Positions 18,331 to 29,423 of a stretch of 64,000 nt of DNA are shown here, piece by piece; the stretch's first letter is position 1, and each line of letters starts with the position of its first letter. Location of the stretch: positions 128,001 through 192,000 of the forward strand of contig CAWJCS010000004.1 of the NCBI GenBank assembly GCA_963841435.1. Direction: 5' to 3'. The DNA comes from an uncultured delta proteobacterium (GTDB taxonomy: Bacteria > Myxococcota_A > Polyangia > Polyangiales > Polyangiaceae). The notes under the pieces are model-generated. The model was not told the origin of the DNA. It saw only the letters and a list, made by a program, of their open reading frames with translations, and did no database searches. The position numbers were made by a program, and so were the translations under genes.

Positions 18331-21084
18331 TCAGGGGGCCGTCACCATGGCGGCGGAGCCGTCGTAGGCGACCATTCGGTCAGCCGTTGCGGTGACGCCG
18401 ACGCCGGCGCCGTGACTCGCCGACACGAACACGACGTTGAAGGTTCGCGTCATCGGCATGCCGGTGTAGCTGCCCCCCCTCGCGCCGATGGCCAGCGTTC
18501 GGCTTGCCTCGTCCCAAGAGAACGGAATCTCGGAGTACTGGCCGTTTTCGTAGCCGTACCCATCTCCTTCGTCCTCGTAGAGCACGAAGCTTGCGTCCCG
18601 GCCCGGGTAGACCCGGATCTCGATGGGATCGACGCTCTGCGTCGCGTACTGAATGTTCGGTCCCATCGGGACGATCGAGCCCGCTCTGACGTAGAGCGGG
18701 ATCTGGCTCAGTGGCGCGCTCACCGACATCGTGCTTCCACCGGTCGTGGTCGAGCCGCTCCAGAAATCGTACCAGGTGCCAGCGGGGAGGTAGATCGAGC
18801 GGCTCGTGGCTCCGGCAGTGGTGACGGGGTTCACGAGGAACGCGGGGCCGAACATGAACTGGTCCTTGACGTTGAAGACGTTCGTGTCGCTCGGGTAGTC
18901 GAAGACCAGGTGTCGCATCATCGTGTACCCCTCGTTCGTGACCTTCCACGCGAGCGAATAGACGTAGGGCATCAAGCGGTAGCGCAGCGTATCGATCGCG
19001 AGGAGGTTCGCCTTGGTGGTGCTGCTCCAGCTGTTGCTGTAAAGCTCCCGGGTGCCACCGCCGTGGATCCGGAAGGTCGGGCAAAAGGCGCCGTACTGAA
19101 ACCAGCGCGTGAAAAGCTCGTTGTTCGCACTGGTCGTCCAATCTACGCTGTGGCCCCAGTAGCCGCCAATGTCGGTGGTCCAGTACGGCAACCCCGATAG
19201 CCCAAAGCCGAGGCCCGCCGGTATCTGCTTGATGAAAGTCGGAAAATCGCTATCGATGTCCCCCGACCAGCAGGTCGTCGCGTAGCGCTGTTGTCCCGCG
19301 AAGGCGCTACGCGTGAGGACGTAGACGCGCTTGCCAGTCGGGCCCGTGGCGCGCCAATTCTCGTAGAGGGCCCTGGCGTGCCCCAGCGGGTAGGCGTTGA
19401 TGTAGAGCGCGCCCTTGCCGAGCGCCGTGTTGGCCGCGCGCACGTTGACGCTGTCGGGGTAACCCTGGGGCTCGGTGTTGTCCGCCCAGATGCCGTCCCA
19501 GCCGTAGGGCTCCAGTAAGCGATCGTTGATCTGCTGGAAAACCAGGGTTCGCGCGGCGTCGTTCAGCGTGTCGTAGAAGTGGTGCGAGCCGCCGCTCGAG
19601 AAGAGCGCTCCGATTGCGTCGAGCGCGTTGAAGTTGTCCATCTCGCCGGCCTTGCGCGGGGAGGCGACCGACTCGTAGAGCGGCCAGATCGAGATCATGG
19701 TGTGCACGTTGGCCGTGTGCATTTCGGAGACGAGCGCCGCCGGGTTCGGGTAGCGCGTCTCGTCCATGAAATGGGAGCCCCACGCGTAGGGTGTCCAATA
19801 GTCCCAGTCCTGGACGATGCAGTCGACGGGGATGTCGTTGTTGCGGTAGCCGTTCTTGACGGCGAGGAGTTCGGACTGGCTACTGTACTTGTCCTTGGAC
19901 TGGAAGAGCCCGTACGCCCACTTGGGGAACAAGGGCGCCGCGCCGGTCGCCGTCCGGTAGAGCGCGATCACATGGTCGAGCTCGGGCCCGTAGAAGAAGT
20001 AGTAGTCGACCATTTCCCCGGCTTCGGAAACGTACCGGTACTTGGTGTTGTTGGTGTCGCCCCCGTAAAAGTCGGAAGTCGAGTAGTTGTCCCAGAAGAT
20101 GCCGTAACCCTTGTTCGAGACCAGCACGGGAACGTTGATCTCCGTGTTGGCGTTCAGGATGTGGCGGTTCGTCCCTTTCCGGTTCATCACGCTGTCCTGG
20201 TGCTGGCCCAGGCCGAACAGCGCTTCGTCGGTCGGTGAATCGAACACGGTCTGAATGCGGTTCGTGCTCGTTCCCTCCACCGTGGCGGAGGTGACGCTCT
20301 TGTCGTCCTCCGACAGGACCACGGCGTCGTCGAGATCCGTGTACGTGACGAGCCCGTCGCTCAAGCCGACCTTGGCCTTCATGCGTAACGTGGTGAGCGT
20401 CACGGTCCCGCCGGCCTCGGCGACACAGAAGCTCGACGGGCCCCACGGGTTGCTAACGGAGAGCGATGCCTTGTCGGGTAGGGACGATGCGGTCGTGTAT
20501 TCGACGCGGATGATGTCTGCCTGGCAAACCTGGAGGCGGAGCCGCCCGGAGCCGATCTTGAACGTGACCCCGCGGTCGTCCACCGCGTAGGCGTCGCTCG
20601 TGGGGGGAGGGTCGGGGCACGTGAGCTGCCCACCCTGGCCGCCCGCGCCACCCTGCCCGGAGCTTCCACCAGCACCAGCACCAGCACCAGCGCCCGCGCC
20701 GGCTCCAGCGCCACCGTCACCCGAGGCCCCGCCGACCGCACCGGCTGCGCCCCCCGTGCCGCCCGAGCCCGAGCCCGACCCGGCGCTCCCGCTTGCGCCG
20801 CCGGCCCCCAGGCCAGCCGCGCCGCCGGCCCCTGCGTTCGAGCCGGCAGAGCCGCCGGCCGGTGCGCCGCCCGAGCCGGAGCCCCCCGAGCCATTGGCCG
20901 CGAATCCGCCCGCGCCCGCGCCGGCGGAGACCCCCGCCGCGGCGGCGGTGCCCTGCGTGGGGGCGGCGGTATTGGAGCCGCAGGCAATGGCGAGAACCGC
21001 TGCCGAAAAGACGAGCGCCGGGGCTGCTAGGCTCGGGATTGCGGGACGAACGTGCCTGAAGCGCGCGGTTGGGCGGGTGGGCAC
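18331..21084 (-). CDS. GH31 alpha-xylosidase-like lipoprotein (DUF4968, GH31, DUF5110)
   Basis: Lipobox AIAC. FGLGQHQ, IVQDWDYW, WADNTEP (nucleophile Asp), WSGDI, WTTDIGGY, RWFQYGAF, YEDEGD. Confidence 0.9.
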   Translation of the reverse strand: MPTRPTARFRHVRPAIPSLAAPALVFSAAVLAIACGSNTAAPTQGTAAAAGVSAGAGAGGFAANGSGGSGSGGAPAGGSAGSNAGAGGAAGLGAGGASGSAGSGSGSGGTGGAAGAVGGASGDGGAGAGAGAGAGAGAGGSSGQGGAGGQGGQLTCPDPPPTSDAYAVDDRGVTFKIGSGRLRLQVCQADIIRVEYTTASSLPDKASLSVSNPWGPSSFCVAEAGGTVTLTTLRMKAKVGLSDGLVTYTDLDDAVVLSEDDKSVTSATVEGTSTNRIQTVFDSPTDEALFGLGQHQDSVMNRKGTNRHILNANTEINVPVLVSNKGYGIFWDNYSTSDFYGGDTNNTKYRYVSEAGEMVDYYFFYGPELDHVIALYRTATGAAPLFPKWAYGLFQSKDKYSSQSELLAVKNGYRNNDIPVDCIVQDWDYWTPYAWGSHFMDETRYPNPAALVSEMHTANVHTMISIWPLYESVASPRKAGEMDNFNALDAIGALFSSGGSHHFYDTLNDAARTLVFQQINDRLLEPYGWDGIWADNTEPQGYPDSVNVRAANTALGKGALYINAYPLGHARALYENWRATGPTGKRVYVLTRSAFAGQQRYATTCWSGDIDSDFPTFIKQIPAGLGFGLSGLPYWTTDIGGYWGHSVDWTTSANNELFTRWFQYGAFCPTFRIHGGGTRELYSNSWSSTTKANLLAIDTLRYRLMPYVYSLAWKVTNEGYTMMRHLVFDYPSDTNVFNVKDQFMFGPAFLVNPVTTAGATSRSIYLPAGTWYDFWSGSTTTGGSTMSVSAPLSQIPLYVRAGSIVPMGPNIQYATQSVDPIEIRVYPGRDASFVLYEDEGDGYGYENGQYSEIPFSWDEASRTLAIGARGGSYTGMPMTRTFNVVFVSASHGAGVGVTATADRMVAYDGSAAMVTAP

Positions 21085-21174
21085 ACGAGTGATTGCCTCC
21101 CCGCACCTGCTTTTGTCATCAAAATGGTGTTGGGCGCCGCGCCCGGCGCACGAGCGCCCCGGTGGCGCGCGGCC

Positions 21175-22002
21175 TCACCCCTCGTAGGAGAGCTGCATCT
21201 GTTCGCGCAGGCCGGAGAAGAATTGCCGTGGACCGCAGCCGAGCTCGGTATGAAAGGTGCGGTGGCACTGCGAATACGAGCCGAAGCCCGCGGCGCTCGC
21301 AGCCGTCATCAAGTCGCGCGTCCCGGCGTCGAGCAGCCGGATGAAGTGGAGGAGACGGAGACGCATGCGATACCGGACGAGCGTCATGCCCATATCACGG
21401 TGAAAATGGCGACTGACCTCGCTCGGATGTGTTCTGAGCTCCGACGCCAATCCGCTCAGCGCGAGCTCGGGCGCGTTCGCCAAGAGCTTCAACGCGCGCC
21501 GCGTCAGGACGTGGGTCGCAGGCCTCGGGCGCTCGACGGCGCGCTGCCCCAACCAGTGGGCTCGCTGCCATAGCTCGGCGGCGAGTTGCTCGGCGCCGGC
21601 ACGATCGACGATCGCTCCGGCTCGAACGACCGCGTCGTCGAATTCGATCGCGCCGAGGCGCACGTGAAAGGGCGATGTCCCCTCACCGCTTTTGCTTAGC
21701 GCTTGCTCCGAGAGTTGGCGGTCCAGACCGATGGCAAAGAGATAGAGGTCCGGCGAGCCTTCGATCAGAACGTGATCCTGGCCCGGGGGGAAAGCGAGCA
21801 ACTCACCCCTGCCGGCTCGAACCACTCTGTCGCCGACCCCGAACGTTGCAGAGCCCTTGACGACGAGATTCAGCTCCGGCTCGTCGTGAAAATGACGCGG
21901 CCGCCGCCCTCCGACACAGCGCGAGTACTTCCAGACGAACGCGCGCTCGTCCCCCGCCGGCAGAAACCGCTGGTAGAGGGCGCTCTCTTCGACGTTGACC
22001 AT
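21175..22002 (-). CDS. AraC family transcriptional regulator (cupin + HTH)
   Basis: HFHDEPELNLV cupin; SRHFHRDMGM..Y; AAGFGSYSQCHRTF..G..P. Confidence 0.9.
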   Translation of the reverse strand: MVNVEESALYQRFLPAGDERAFVWKYSRCVGGRRPRHFHDEPELNLVVKGSATFGVGDRVVRAGRGELLAFPPGQDHVLIEGSPDLYLFAIGLDRQLSEQALSKSGEGTSPFHVRLGAIEFDDAVVRAGAIVDRAGAEQLAAELWQRAHWLGQRAVERPRPATHVLTRRALKLLANAPELALSGLASELRTHPSEVSRHFHRDMGMTLVRYRMRLRLLHFIRLLDAGTRDLMTAASAAGFGSYSQCHRTFHTELGCGPRQFFSGLREQMQLSYEG

Positions 22003-22230
22003 GGGGGCACCCAACGCACGCGTGGCCTGCGAGCACCGCGAGCTTTAAATCTCTGACACGCTCGCTCGGTGACCACCAGCGGCTGGCCGAGTTTCCCCAA
22101 AAAACGCGAACTTGGCCCGTAGCCAGCCAGCGGCGGTGGCCGGAGACCCGTGCGGCAGCCTTCGCGGACCATGCCGCCGGGGGGAGCTTCCCGAGCCGCG
22201 GGGGGACTTCCGCGCGGCCGATGCGTTCCG

Positions 22231-23647
22231 CTACAAGGACGTGAAGAACGACCGAGACGTCTTCGGGGACCCAGGTACAAGGGCACGTCAACGAGCAGCT
22301 CTTGGGTGGCGTCGCGCACGAATTGAACAGGTCCGAAGTCCCATCGACGATGGCGTTGCCGTGACCTGACTGGTGGACGCACCAACGGAGGGGGTGCCCG
22401 CTCGAGCATCCCGCGTAGTCCGTGCAGACATGCCCCCCGGGGCTCAAGTAGGGGGGAGGCTGAGCTGGCTGCGGTGGGTTCTGAACCGTGCAGCCGTTGT
22501 TCTTGACGAACCTGTCGCGTATCGGCGTTGCCAGGCTCATCGGACACGTCGTGTCCTCGAGGCCGACCATCTGCCACAACGCGATGGGGTCGTTGCCGCC
22601 GTCGCACCCGCTGAGCTGCGCACCTTCGTAGATCGCGGCCCCACGAAACGAGTTCGCGCGGGCACACGCGAGCTCGTACGTCATGCCGCCGCCGTAGCTG
22701 AAACCGTTGGAGAAAAGGTGCGTCGTGTCAACGCAGTAGTTTTCCTCGATCAACTGGATCATGTCGTCAACGAACTTCAGATCCTGTCCGCCAGAATTGG
22801 GCCAGCCGTTGCCGAGGCCCTGGGGCGCGACGAAGATCGCGCCGTTGTTCGACAGGCTCTGGAGTCCGAAATGGGCCATGATGTACCCATTCGATCCGCC
22901 GGTATCAACGTCCTTGGACGTGCCGCCGTTCCAGTGAAAACCGAAGATCAACCAATAGGGTTTGTTCTGATCGTAGTTGTCGGGAAGCCTCATGGCGAAG
23001 CCACGAGTCTGACCGCTACTCTGGATGGTGACGTAGCCGCCGTCACCGACGCCCACGGTCTGCCCGGACTCGCCCGGCACCGATCCGAACGTGATCGTCA
23101 ACGCCTTGCCGCACCCAGCGCTCGGCACGGCGCCGCCCGAGCCGCCGTTGCCACCCGAGCCGCCGCTCCCGGACACTCCCGCCATCCCGGCGCTCCCGCT
23201 TGCGCCGCCCGTCGAGCTATCTCCCGCGGACCCGGCGCGACCCGCTGCGGCCGCATCGCCGCCAACCCCGGCCATCCCGCTCGAGCCTGCGCCGCCGCCC
23301 CCGTCGCCCGAGCCCGCGGAGCCGCTCGAGGCTCCGGCGCCGCCTGACGCGAGCGTACCGCCCGAGGCACCCAGGCCGCCGGTTGCGCTCGTCCCGCCGG
23401 TACCGGGCAGACCGCTCGTACCGCCTGACCCCAGGGCAGCGGTGCCACCGACTGCGCCCGTGCCGGCGTTGCCCGCGGAGCCGCCGAGGCCGCCCCCACC
23501 GCCGAGCCCGCCGCTGGCAGAGGCTCCGCTCGAGGTGCCCGCGGTACCGCCAACGGGCACGGTGTCCTTGCTGCCATTGCAAGCCCCAGCCGAGATGACG
23601 ACCACCGCGGCGACGGCGCGGTGCAACCGGTGTGAAACGAGACGCAT
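22231..23647 (-). CDS. CE1-like feruloyl esterase / PHB-depolymerase-family lipoprotein, with apparent frameshift at ~22254
   Basis: SAGCGK, LPDNYD..KPY.LIFGFHW, FVAPQG, GFSYGG nucleophile elbow. Removing one base at 22254 gives TWVPEDVWSFFTSL*, matching the paralog end WIPEESWAFFKQF*. Confidence 0.8.
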
Positions 23648-23839
23648 GCGCTCTCCTCTGAGGAGTCTGTCGGCTGGCAGAGGTTCTTGTCGAACAATCG
23701 CGGGGAACGTCGCTCCGAGGGCCCTTCGCCACTCGCCTCGGAAGCCGGCCTCTTTTTCGTCAACAGAGACCGGCTTGCCGACAGAAGAGCTCGACGAAGT
23801 ATTGCTCGCAAAGCGCGGCGCTTCGACGCAGTAGGCATC

Positions 23840-26514
23840 ATGGGTCCCCGTCGCTCATCATTTGGCTCGGCGGTGGTGGTGTCGGTGCTGCTCTGCCTCG
23901 CGGCATTCGGCGTCGGCGGTTGTTCGGAAGAGAGCCCGGCACCAGGGTCCCCGAGCGGCGTCGGCGCCAACGGCGGCGGCGGGGTGAGTGGTGGCGGTGG
24001 AGCAGCCACCGGTGGAAGCGCGGGCATTGGGGGCGCCGCCGCTGCGACGGGCGGGTCAGCTGGGACCGCGGGCGCGGCAGCTCAGGGCGGGGGTGGCGGG
24101 CAAGGGGTCGGAGGCAGCGCGGCGAGCAGCGCCGTCGGTGGCTCGAGCGGTTCAGGAAATGGCGGGGCGGGCGCCGCCGGCACGGGCGGCGTTGCGGGGA
24201 CCGGGGGTGCCGCGGGGGCCGCGGGCGCGGCCGGCATGAGTGGCGGATTCGCGCTGCCCGTGAAGCCAGACCCAGTCAACGGGGCATCGACGGTGACGGA
24301 CGGCGCCGCTTCCGGAGGCTCTTCGATTGGCCTGGTCAACCCGGGGCAGGGCGCTCAGGCCACGGGCCTGCCCGCCGCTAGCAAGCTGGCGATTCACTAC
24401 GCATCGGTGTCCGTGGGCACGATCAGCGTTTCGATCGATGGCCAGGCGGCGGTGAAGGTGAACGTTCATTCGACGGGTGCTCTCACCGGCTCGTTCATCT
24501 ACGCCATCATCAGCATCGCGATTCCAGCCGACGGGACGGTCACCATCAGCCGGGCCAGCGGTGACGTTGCGGTCAACATCGACGAGATCATCGTCGGCGA
24601 CGGCACGCTGGGGCTCCCGCCGGACATCTGGAACCTGCCGCCTTTCCCTGTCGCCGCAGGCCCCTACGTCGCCGACTGGAAGGCGCTGGGCCTGGCGTAT
24701 GCAACGCCCGAGTGGTGGCGTGACGCCAAGCTCGGGGCGTGGGCTCACTGGGATCCGCAATCGATGCCCGAGCAGGGCGACTGGTACGCCTACCGCATGT
24801 ACCAGGAGGGCTCGGCCGACTACACCTACCAGTGTGATCACTTCGGTCATCCGTCAACCTATGGCTACAAGGACATCTGCAAAACTGGGTGATCGACCAG
24901 TGGGACCCGAATGCCCTGATGGATCTCTACGTGCAGATGGGGGCCAAGTTCTTCATGGCGATGGGCGCGCACCACGACAACTTCGACTGCTGGGACTCGA
25001 CGTACCAGCCTTGGAACTCCGTTCGGGTCGGCGTGAAGGTGGACCTCGTCGGTACGTGGGAACCGATCGCGCGCCAGCGTGGCCTGCGTTTCGGCATCGG
25101 GTTTCACAACACGCCAGCGCGAACGTGGGGTCAGTGGATGCCGGTGCGCTACACCAGCGACAAGCAGGGGGCGAATGCGGGCGTTCCCTACGATGCGTTG
25201 CAAACCATTCTGGATGGAAAGGGAAAGTGGTGGGAAGGCATGGATCCGGTGGATCTCTACGGTCCGCTCCATGCTTCCAGCGACCCGTCAGCCACGTCGC
25301 CCTATGCGACTCAGTTCATGTACCGCGTCGATGAAGCCATCGACAAGTACCATCCCAACGTCGTGTATTTCGACGACCACGCCGGCGATTCCCAGGTCAA
25401 CCTGGGAGTCCACATGGGATTGGCGGCCCTCGCTCCGATGATCTTGGCAAACTACTACAATAAGTCCATGAGCTTCAAGCAGGGGAAGATGGACGTGGTC
25501 ATGAATATGAAGGGTGTGGGCGGCCAATACGACAGCTTCCAAAATAGCGCGGCGCTTCTTCCCTTCGCCGAGCGCGCCCTGGTCAGGAGCACCGAGGCGA
25601 GCACCGAGCCGCAGATCAGCGCCTATCCCTTCCAGACGGAGCTGAGCATTCAGGATTGGCACTATCAGACCGGGCAGGGATACACGGACGCCGCCACGCT
25701 GGTGACGACTCTGATGCAAAACGTTTCCCGAAACGGGAGCTTGTTGCTCAACCTCACCCAGCACGGCCGAGGGGATCTCGATTCCCAGTGCGTTCAAATC
25801 GCTCAGGACATCGGCGGCTGGCTGAAGATCAACGGCGAAGCAGTGTATGGGTCCCGCCCGTTCGAAGTCATGGGCGACACCACGGTCGCTTACACGCGCA
25901 ACAACGGCTACGTCTACGCCACACTGCTCGGCTGGAACGGCGGCGCGATCACGCTCAAGGCCTTGAGCAGCGGCGGGGCGACGCTCGGCACCGTATCCAA
26001 GGTCGAACTGCTCGGCTCGACCGTCCCGTTGACCTTCACGCAGAACAGTCAAGGGCTGACGGTAACCCCGAGCGGCACGGTTCCGGCGCAATCGGGGATC
26101 ACGAACCAAACCCTGGCGTCGAGGACCCGAGTGTTGCGCGTCACTCACGACAAGGGCTGGATCAACGACGACGATCCGGGCTCGACGGCTCCCGGATGGC
26201 TGCGCAAGTGCAACCTGGGTGCCGGTGACTACAACAACGATCTCACCACGAGCACCGCCGCGGGGGACGTTTGGACTTCAGCCTTCACGGGCACCGACCT
26301 CGCCGTGTACGCCCCGAAGGAAGCGGGGAGTGGGGAGATCGAGCTCCAGATCGACGGTCAAACCCGCGCAACGGTTGCTCTTTCGACCACTGGCGCTCGT
26401 CAGGCTCAGCAGTTGGTCTCCGAGGTGACCGGGTTGGCTGCGGGCAATCATTCCATCAGCATCGTCAACCGCGGCCCAGGGCCCGTGGCGGTGGATGCCA
26501 TCGTCGCTAGGTAG
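23840..26514 (+). CDS. GH29 alpha-L-fucosidase lipoprotein with flanking beta-sandwich domains, split by a 1-nt deletion at ~24881-24884
   Basis: PEWWRDAKLGAWAHW, GDWY, HPS.YGYKD, then WDP..GAKFF..HHDNF, YFD, VSRNGSLLLN, WLKINGEAVYGSRP. Adding one base to AAAA restores CKNWVIDQWDP. Confidence 0.88.
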
Positions 26515-26571
26515 GCGCGACTCCCCGTCCGAGCGTGGACAGGGAGTCGCACCGCGCGCTTGCTGACGAGG

Positions 26572-26691
26572 CTAGGCGTGCGCGAGCCTGCGGGTCCCGT
26601 GCGACCGCAGTCGGATGCCGAGCACAATCAGCAGGGTTCCGAACATCATGGCGTAGGTGGCGATCATCCACGACACGGCCAGGGCGCCGGC
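26572..26691 (-). pseudogene. Orphan C-terminal fragment of an HdeD/DUF308 membrane protein
   Basis: AGALAVSWMIATYAMMFGTLLIVLGIRLR resembles the last helix of HdeD-family proteins; no upstream membrane segments seen. Confidence 0.6.
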
Positions 26692-26818
26692 ACGACTGCC
26701 GAAAGCCCGGCGGCAAACGGGCACGGGGCCCGAGGAGGCCGGCGCGGCGCGGGCCTCGGGGCTCAGCCCCGGGGGCCGACGGGCCCTGGGGCGCCGCGCC
26801 TGGGGTAAGGTCGGCACC

Positions 26819-27856
26819 GTGCGGAACGCGTGGTCGGTCGTGCTCGCCTTCGCCATGGTGCTCGGGGTGGGGCGTCTCGCCCACGCCCAGGCGAGCGCAC
26901 CGGAACCCATCTTCAGCGCATCGTTCGACTACGTCGCACCGCCCACGTGTCCGAGCTCCGGCGACTTCAAGGCGGTCGTCGTCGGTCGGCTCGGCTTCAA
27001 TCCGTTCAGCAAGGACGCACTGGAGCGCGTGCTCGTGCTGATCACGGCACGAGAGGAAAGGCTGGAAGGGCGAGTCGAATGGCGCGACGACAAGGGCGAC
27101 TGGGCGGGAGACCAAACATTTCCGGCACCCGATGACGATTGTACGAAGCTCGTGCACACCATGGGCTTTGCCCTCGCCGTGCAGATCAATCTGCTCGCCA
27201 CGGGTGGCCGTCCCACACGCTCGAAGGCAGCGCCCGCGGAAGGGGAAACGGGTGGTTCGCCGGAGAAGCGGGCAGCCAAGGCACCTCGACCCGCCGCACC
27301 GAAGACGAAGGCGCGGGCAGACGTCCCGCGAGCTCCGGGGGCGGACGACGAGCGGAAGCGTGCGCGCTGGGTGTTTTCGCTGGGCGCGGGCGGCTCGGTC
27401 GGCTTCGGCCTGGCGTCGAGCGCGCTACTGCTCGGGCGCGCGTTCGGCAGCGTCGCCAGGGGACGCGCCTCGTTGGAGCTTGGTGGGGAGGTCTCGACTC
27501 TGAACGTCACGCAGCGCGCCGACGGAGCGGGCTTTGCCCAGCGCGCGTTGCTGGCGAGCGCGGCCGCCTGCGGCACGCAAGAGCCGTGGAGCCTCTGTGT
27601 CCTCGCCAAGGCCGGTGTGCTGAAGATCACCGGGCGGGGCGTCGATGTGCCGGCGTCGCCGACCGGCACCGCGCTCCAGGCCGGGTTGCGCTTCGGCGCT
27701 CGGGAGCGGATCGCCGGCAGCGTCTTTTTCGCGCAGCGGCTCGACGGTCTCGTCAATCTGACGCGCTGGACCGTAACGCTCGACGGATTCCGGGTTTGGA
27801 GGGCCCCGACCCTCGCTGGAATGCTGGGTGTCGATGTAGGTGTGATCTTTCAGTGA
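26819..27856 (+). CDS. Secreted/outer-membrane protein associated with ECF cassette, copy 2
   Basis: Paralog of 15931-16932: CP..F...V..RLGFNPF, MGFALAVQI, GGSVGFGLA, WTVTLDG..VWRAP, ends VIFQ. Start approximate. Confidence 0.65.
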   Translation: MRNAWSVVLAFAMVLGVGRLAHAQASAPEPIFSASFDYVAPPTCPSSGDFKAVVVGRLGFNPFSKDALERVLVLITAREERLEGRVEWRDDKGDWAGDQTFPAPDDDCTKLVHTMGFALAVQINLLATGGRPTRSKAAPAEGETGGSPEKRAAKAPRPAAPKTKARADVPRAPGADDERKRARWVFSLGAGGSVGFGLASSALLLGRAFGSVARGRASLELGGEVSTLNVTQRADGAGFAQRALLASAAACGTQEPWSLCVLAKAGVLKITGRGVDVPASPTGTALQAGLRFGARERIAGSVFFAQRLDGLVNLTRWTVTLDGFRVWRAPTLAGMLGVDVGVIFQ

Positions 27857-28070
27857 ACACGGCACGCGGTCCCGACAATGTCGCATTGAAGGAGCACGCA
27901 TGTCGATCGGGCTGGGATTGGAACGTCGAACGGTTCTCGCTGGGGAGCCGCACCGCCCGGGCACGGCTGCCGAAAGCCCCCCCGGGACGGGCTTTCGTGG
28001 CGCGTCGGGAGCCTCGGGAGGCAGACGGGCGAGATTTCTGTCAAAAGGTAAGGGCCAGCCGACAGTCAAG

Positions 28071-28628
28071 ATGAACGTGGGCTATCTCCGCCTCGTCCAG
28101 GCCCCGCCGACCGAGCCGGTCGCCGAGGATGCGTGCGTCCAGGCTTTCGATCGGGAGCTCGACTACGTCTTCGCAACGCTCCGTCGCCTCGGAGCGCCGC
28201 CGAGCGATGTCGAAGACCTCGCGCACGACGTGTTCGTGGTGCTGCTCCGGAACTGGGCAACGCTCGACACCGAGCGCCCGCTCCGGCCATACCTGTTTGG
28301 GGTCGCCTTTCGCATCGTGTGCGCGCACCGGCGCCGACGCGTGCGCGAGGTGCCGCATCCCGCGCCGGACTCCGAGGACGCCGGGCCCAGTCCCGAGCGG
28401 ACGCTCCAAGCGCACGAGGCGGCGGCGGTGCTTCAGGCAGCCCTCGAACGCGTTCCCCTCCCGCGGCGTGCCGTCATCATCATGCACGAGCTCGACGGTA
28501 TTCCGATTGTCGAGATAGCGAAGGAGCTGTCGATCACCCGGTTTGGCGCCTACGCGAGGCTGCACAAAGGACTCAAGGAGCTCGCTACCGCGGTGCGACG
28601 TCAAAAGCTGCACGGGGTACGGCCATGA
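28071..28628 (+). CDS. ECF sigma-70 factor, copy 2
   Basis: LRRLGA..DVEDLAHDVF, LRPYLFGVAFR, RRAVIIMHELDG..EIAK..YARL; close paralog of 15344-15895. Confidence 0.9.
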   Translation: MNVGYLRLVQAPPTEPVAEDACVQAFDRELDYVFATLRRLGAPPSDVEDLAHDVFVVLLRNWATLDTERPLRPYLFGVAFRIVCAHRRRRVREVPHPAPDSEDAGPSPERTLQAHEAAAVLQAALERVPLPRRAVIIMHELDGIPIVEIAKELSITRFGAYARLHKGLKELATAVRRQKLHGVRP

Positions 28629-29344
28629 GCCGGCGCGAGACCCCCGGCGAGGTCAGCGTGCAAGCGCTGCTCGACAGCGCCAAGGCGGTACCGCCACAGC
28701 CGCAGGCGGTGCGAGCACGCGTGCTCGAGCGCGCGCGAACGACGGCGGCGTCAGCACCGCCCGTGAACGTGGTCGCGCCGGCTGCGCGTCCCCGCTTCCC
28801 GAGTCACTGGGTGGGCAAAGCGGCAGCCGCTGCGGTTGGCGTGGGGATCGCCGGCACCGTGTACGCGCTCGGTGGTGGCTGGCCACGACCCGAAGCTCCC
28901 GTTCGAGCAGCGTCGTCGCCGGCCGTCAGCAGTCGTACGGCGCCGCCGGCCGTGCCGGTGCCCGCTCCGGCGCCGGTCGCGCCGCGACCCGAGCCCCCAT
29001 CCAAATCGAGCGTTCTACCCGCGGCCGAGCCCGCGGCGCCGAGCACGCCGCGTCAGGGCAGGGGACAACAGAATTACGGCGCCGAGCTCGAGCTCATGCG
29101 CAGCGCCCACACGGCGTACGCGGCCCACGAATTTGCGAACGCGCTCGTGTTGGTCAGCGAGCACGCGCGGCGCTTCCCGCGCGGGCTCCTCGCCGAAGAG
29201 CGCGAAGCGTTGCGCGTGCGGTGCCTCGCCGGCTCGGGGCGCGTGAACGAAGCGCGACGCGTCGCGGCGTCGTTCGCGAAGCGCTTCCCACGCAGCGTGC
29301 TTCTGCCGCGGCTCCAGGGGGACCTGGGGACGGGCGCCGAATAG
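28625..29344 (+). CDS. Putative anti-sigma factor (TM + TPR-like), copy 2
   Basis: ATGA overlap with the sigma gene. YGAELEL..HARRFPRGLLAEEREALR..FPRSVLLPR. Confidence 0.75.
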   Translation: MSRRETPGEVSVQALLDSAKAVPPQPQAVRARVLERARTTAASAPPVNVVAPAARPRFPSHWVGKAAAAAVGVGIAGTVYALGGGWPRPEAPVRAASSPAVSSRTAPPAVPVPAPAPVAPRPEPPSKSSVLPAAEPAAPSTPRQGRGQQNYGAELELMRSAHTAYAAHEFANALVLVSEHARRFPRGLLAEEREALRVRCLAGSGRVNEARRVAASFAKRFPRSVLLPRLQGDLGTGAE

Positions 29345-29423
29345 ATCCCGGCGAACCCAAGCGGTCGTCAGAGCCTCGGAATACCGGCAGGGCGTAACCC
29401 GCGGTGCTCCCGCGATCTTTGCG

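Noticed and set aside
21803-22230. C-terminal extension of the 614-aa esterase ORF overlapping AraC
   Set aside because: Read-through caused by the single-base shift at ~22254; the corrected stop at 22231 matches the paralog's end.
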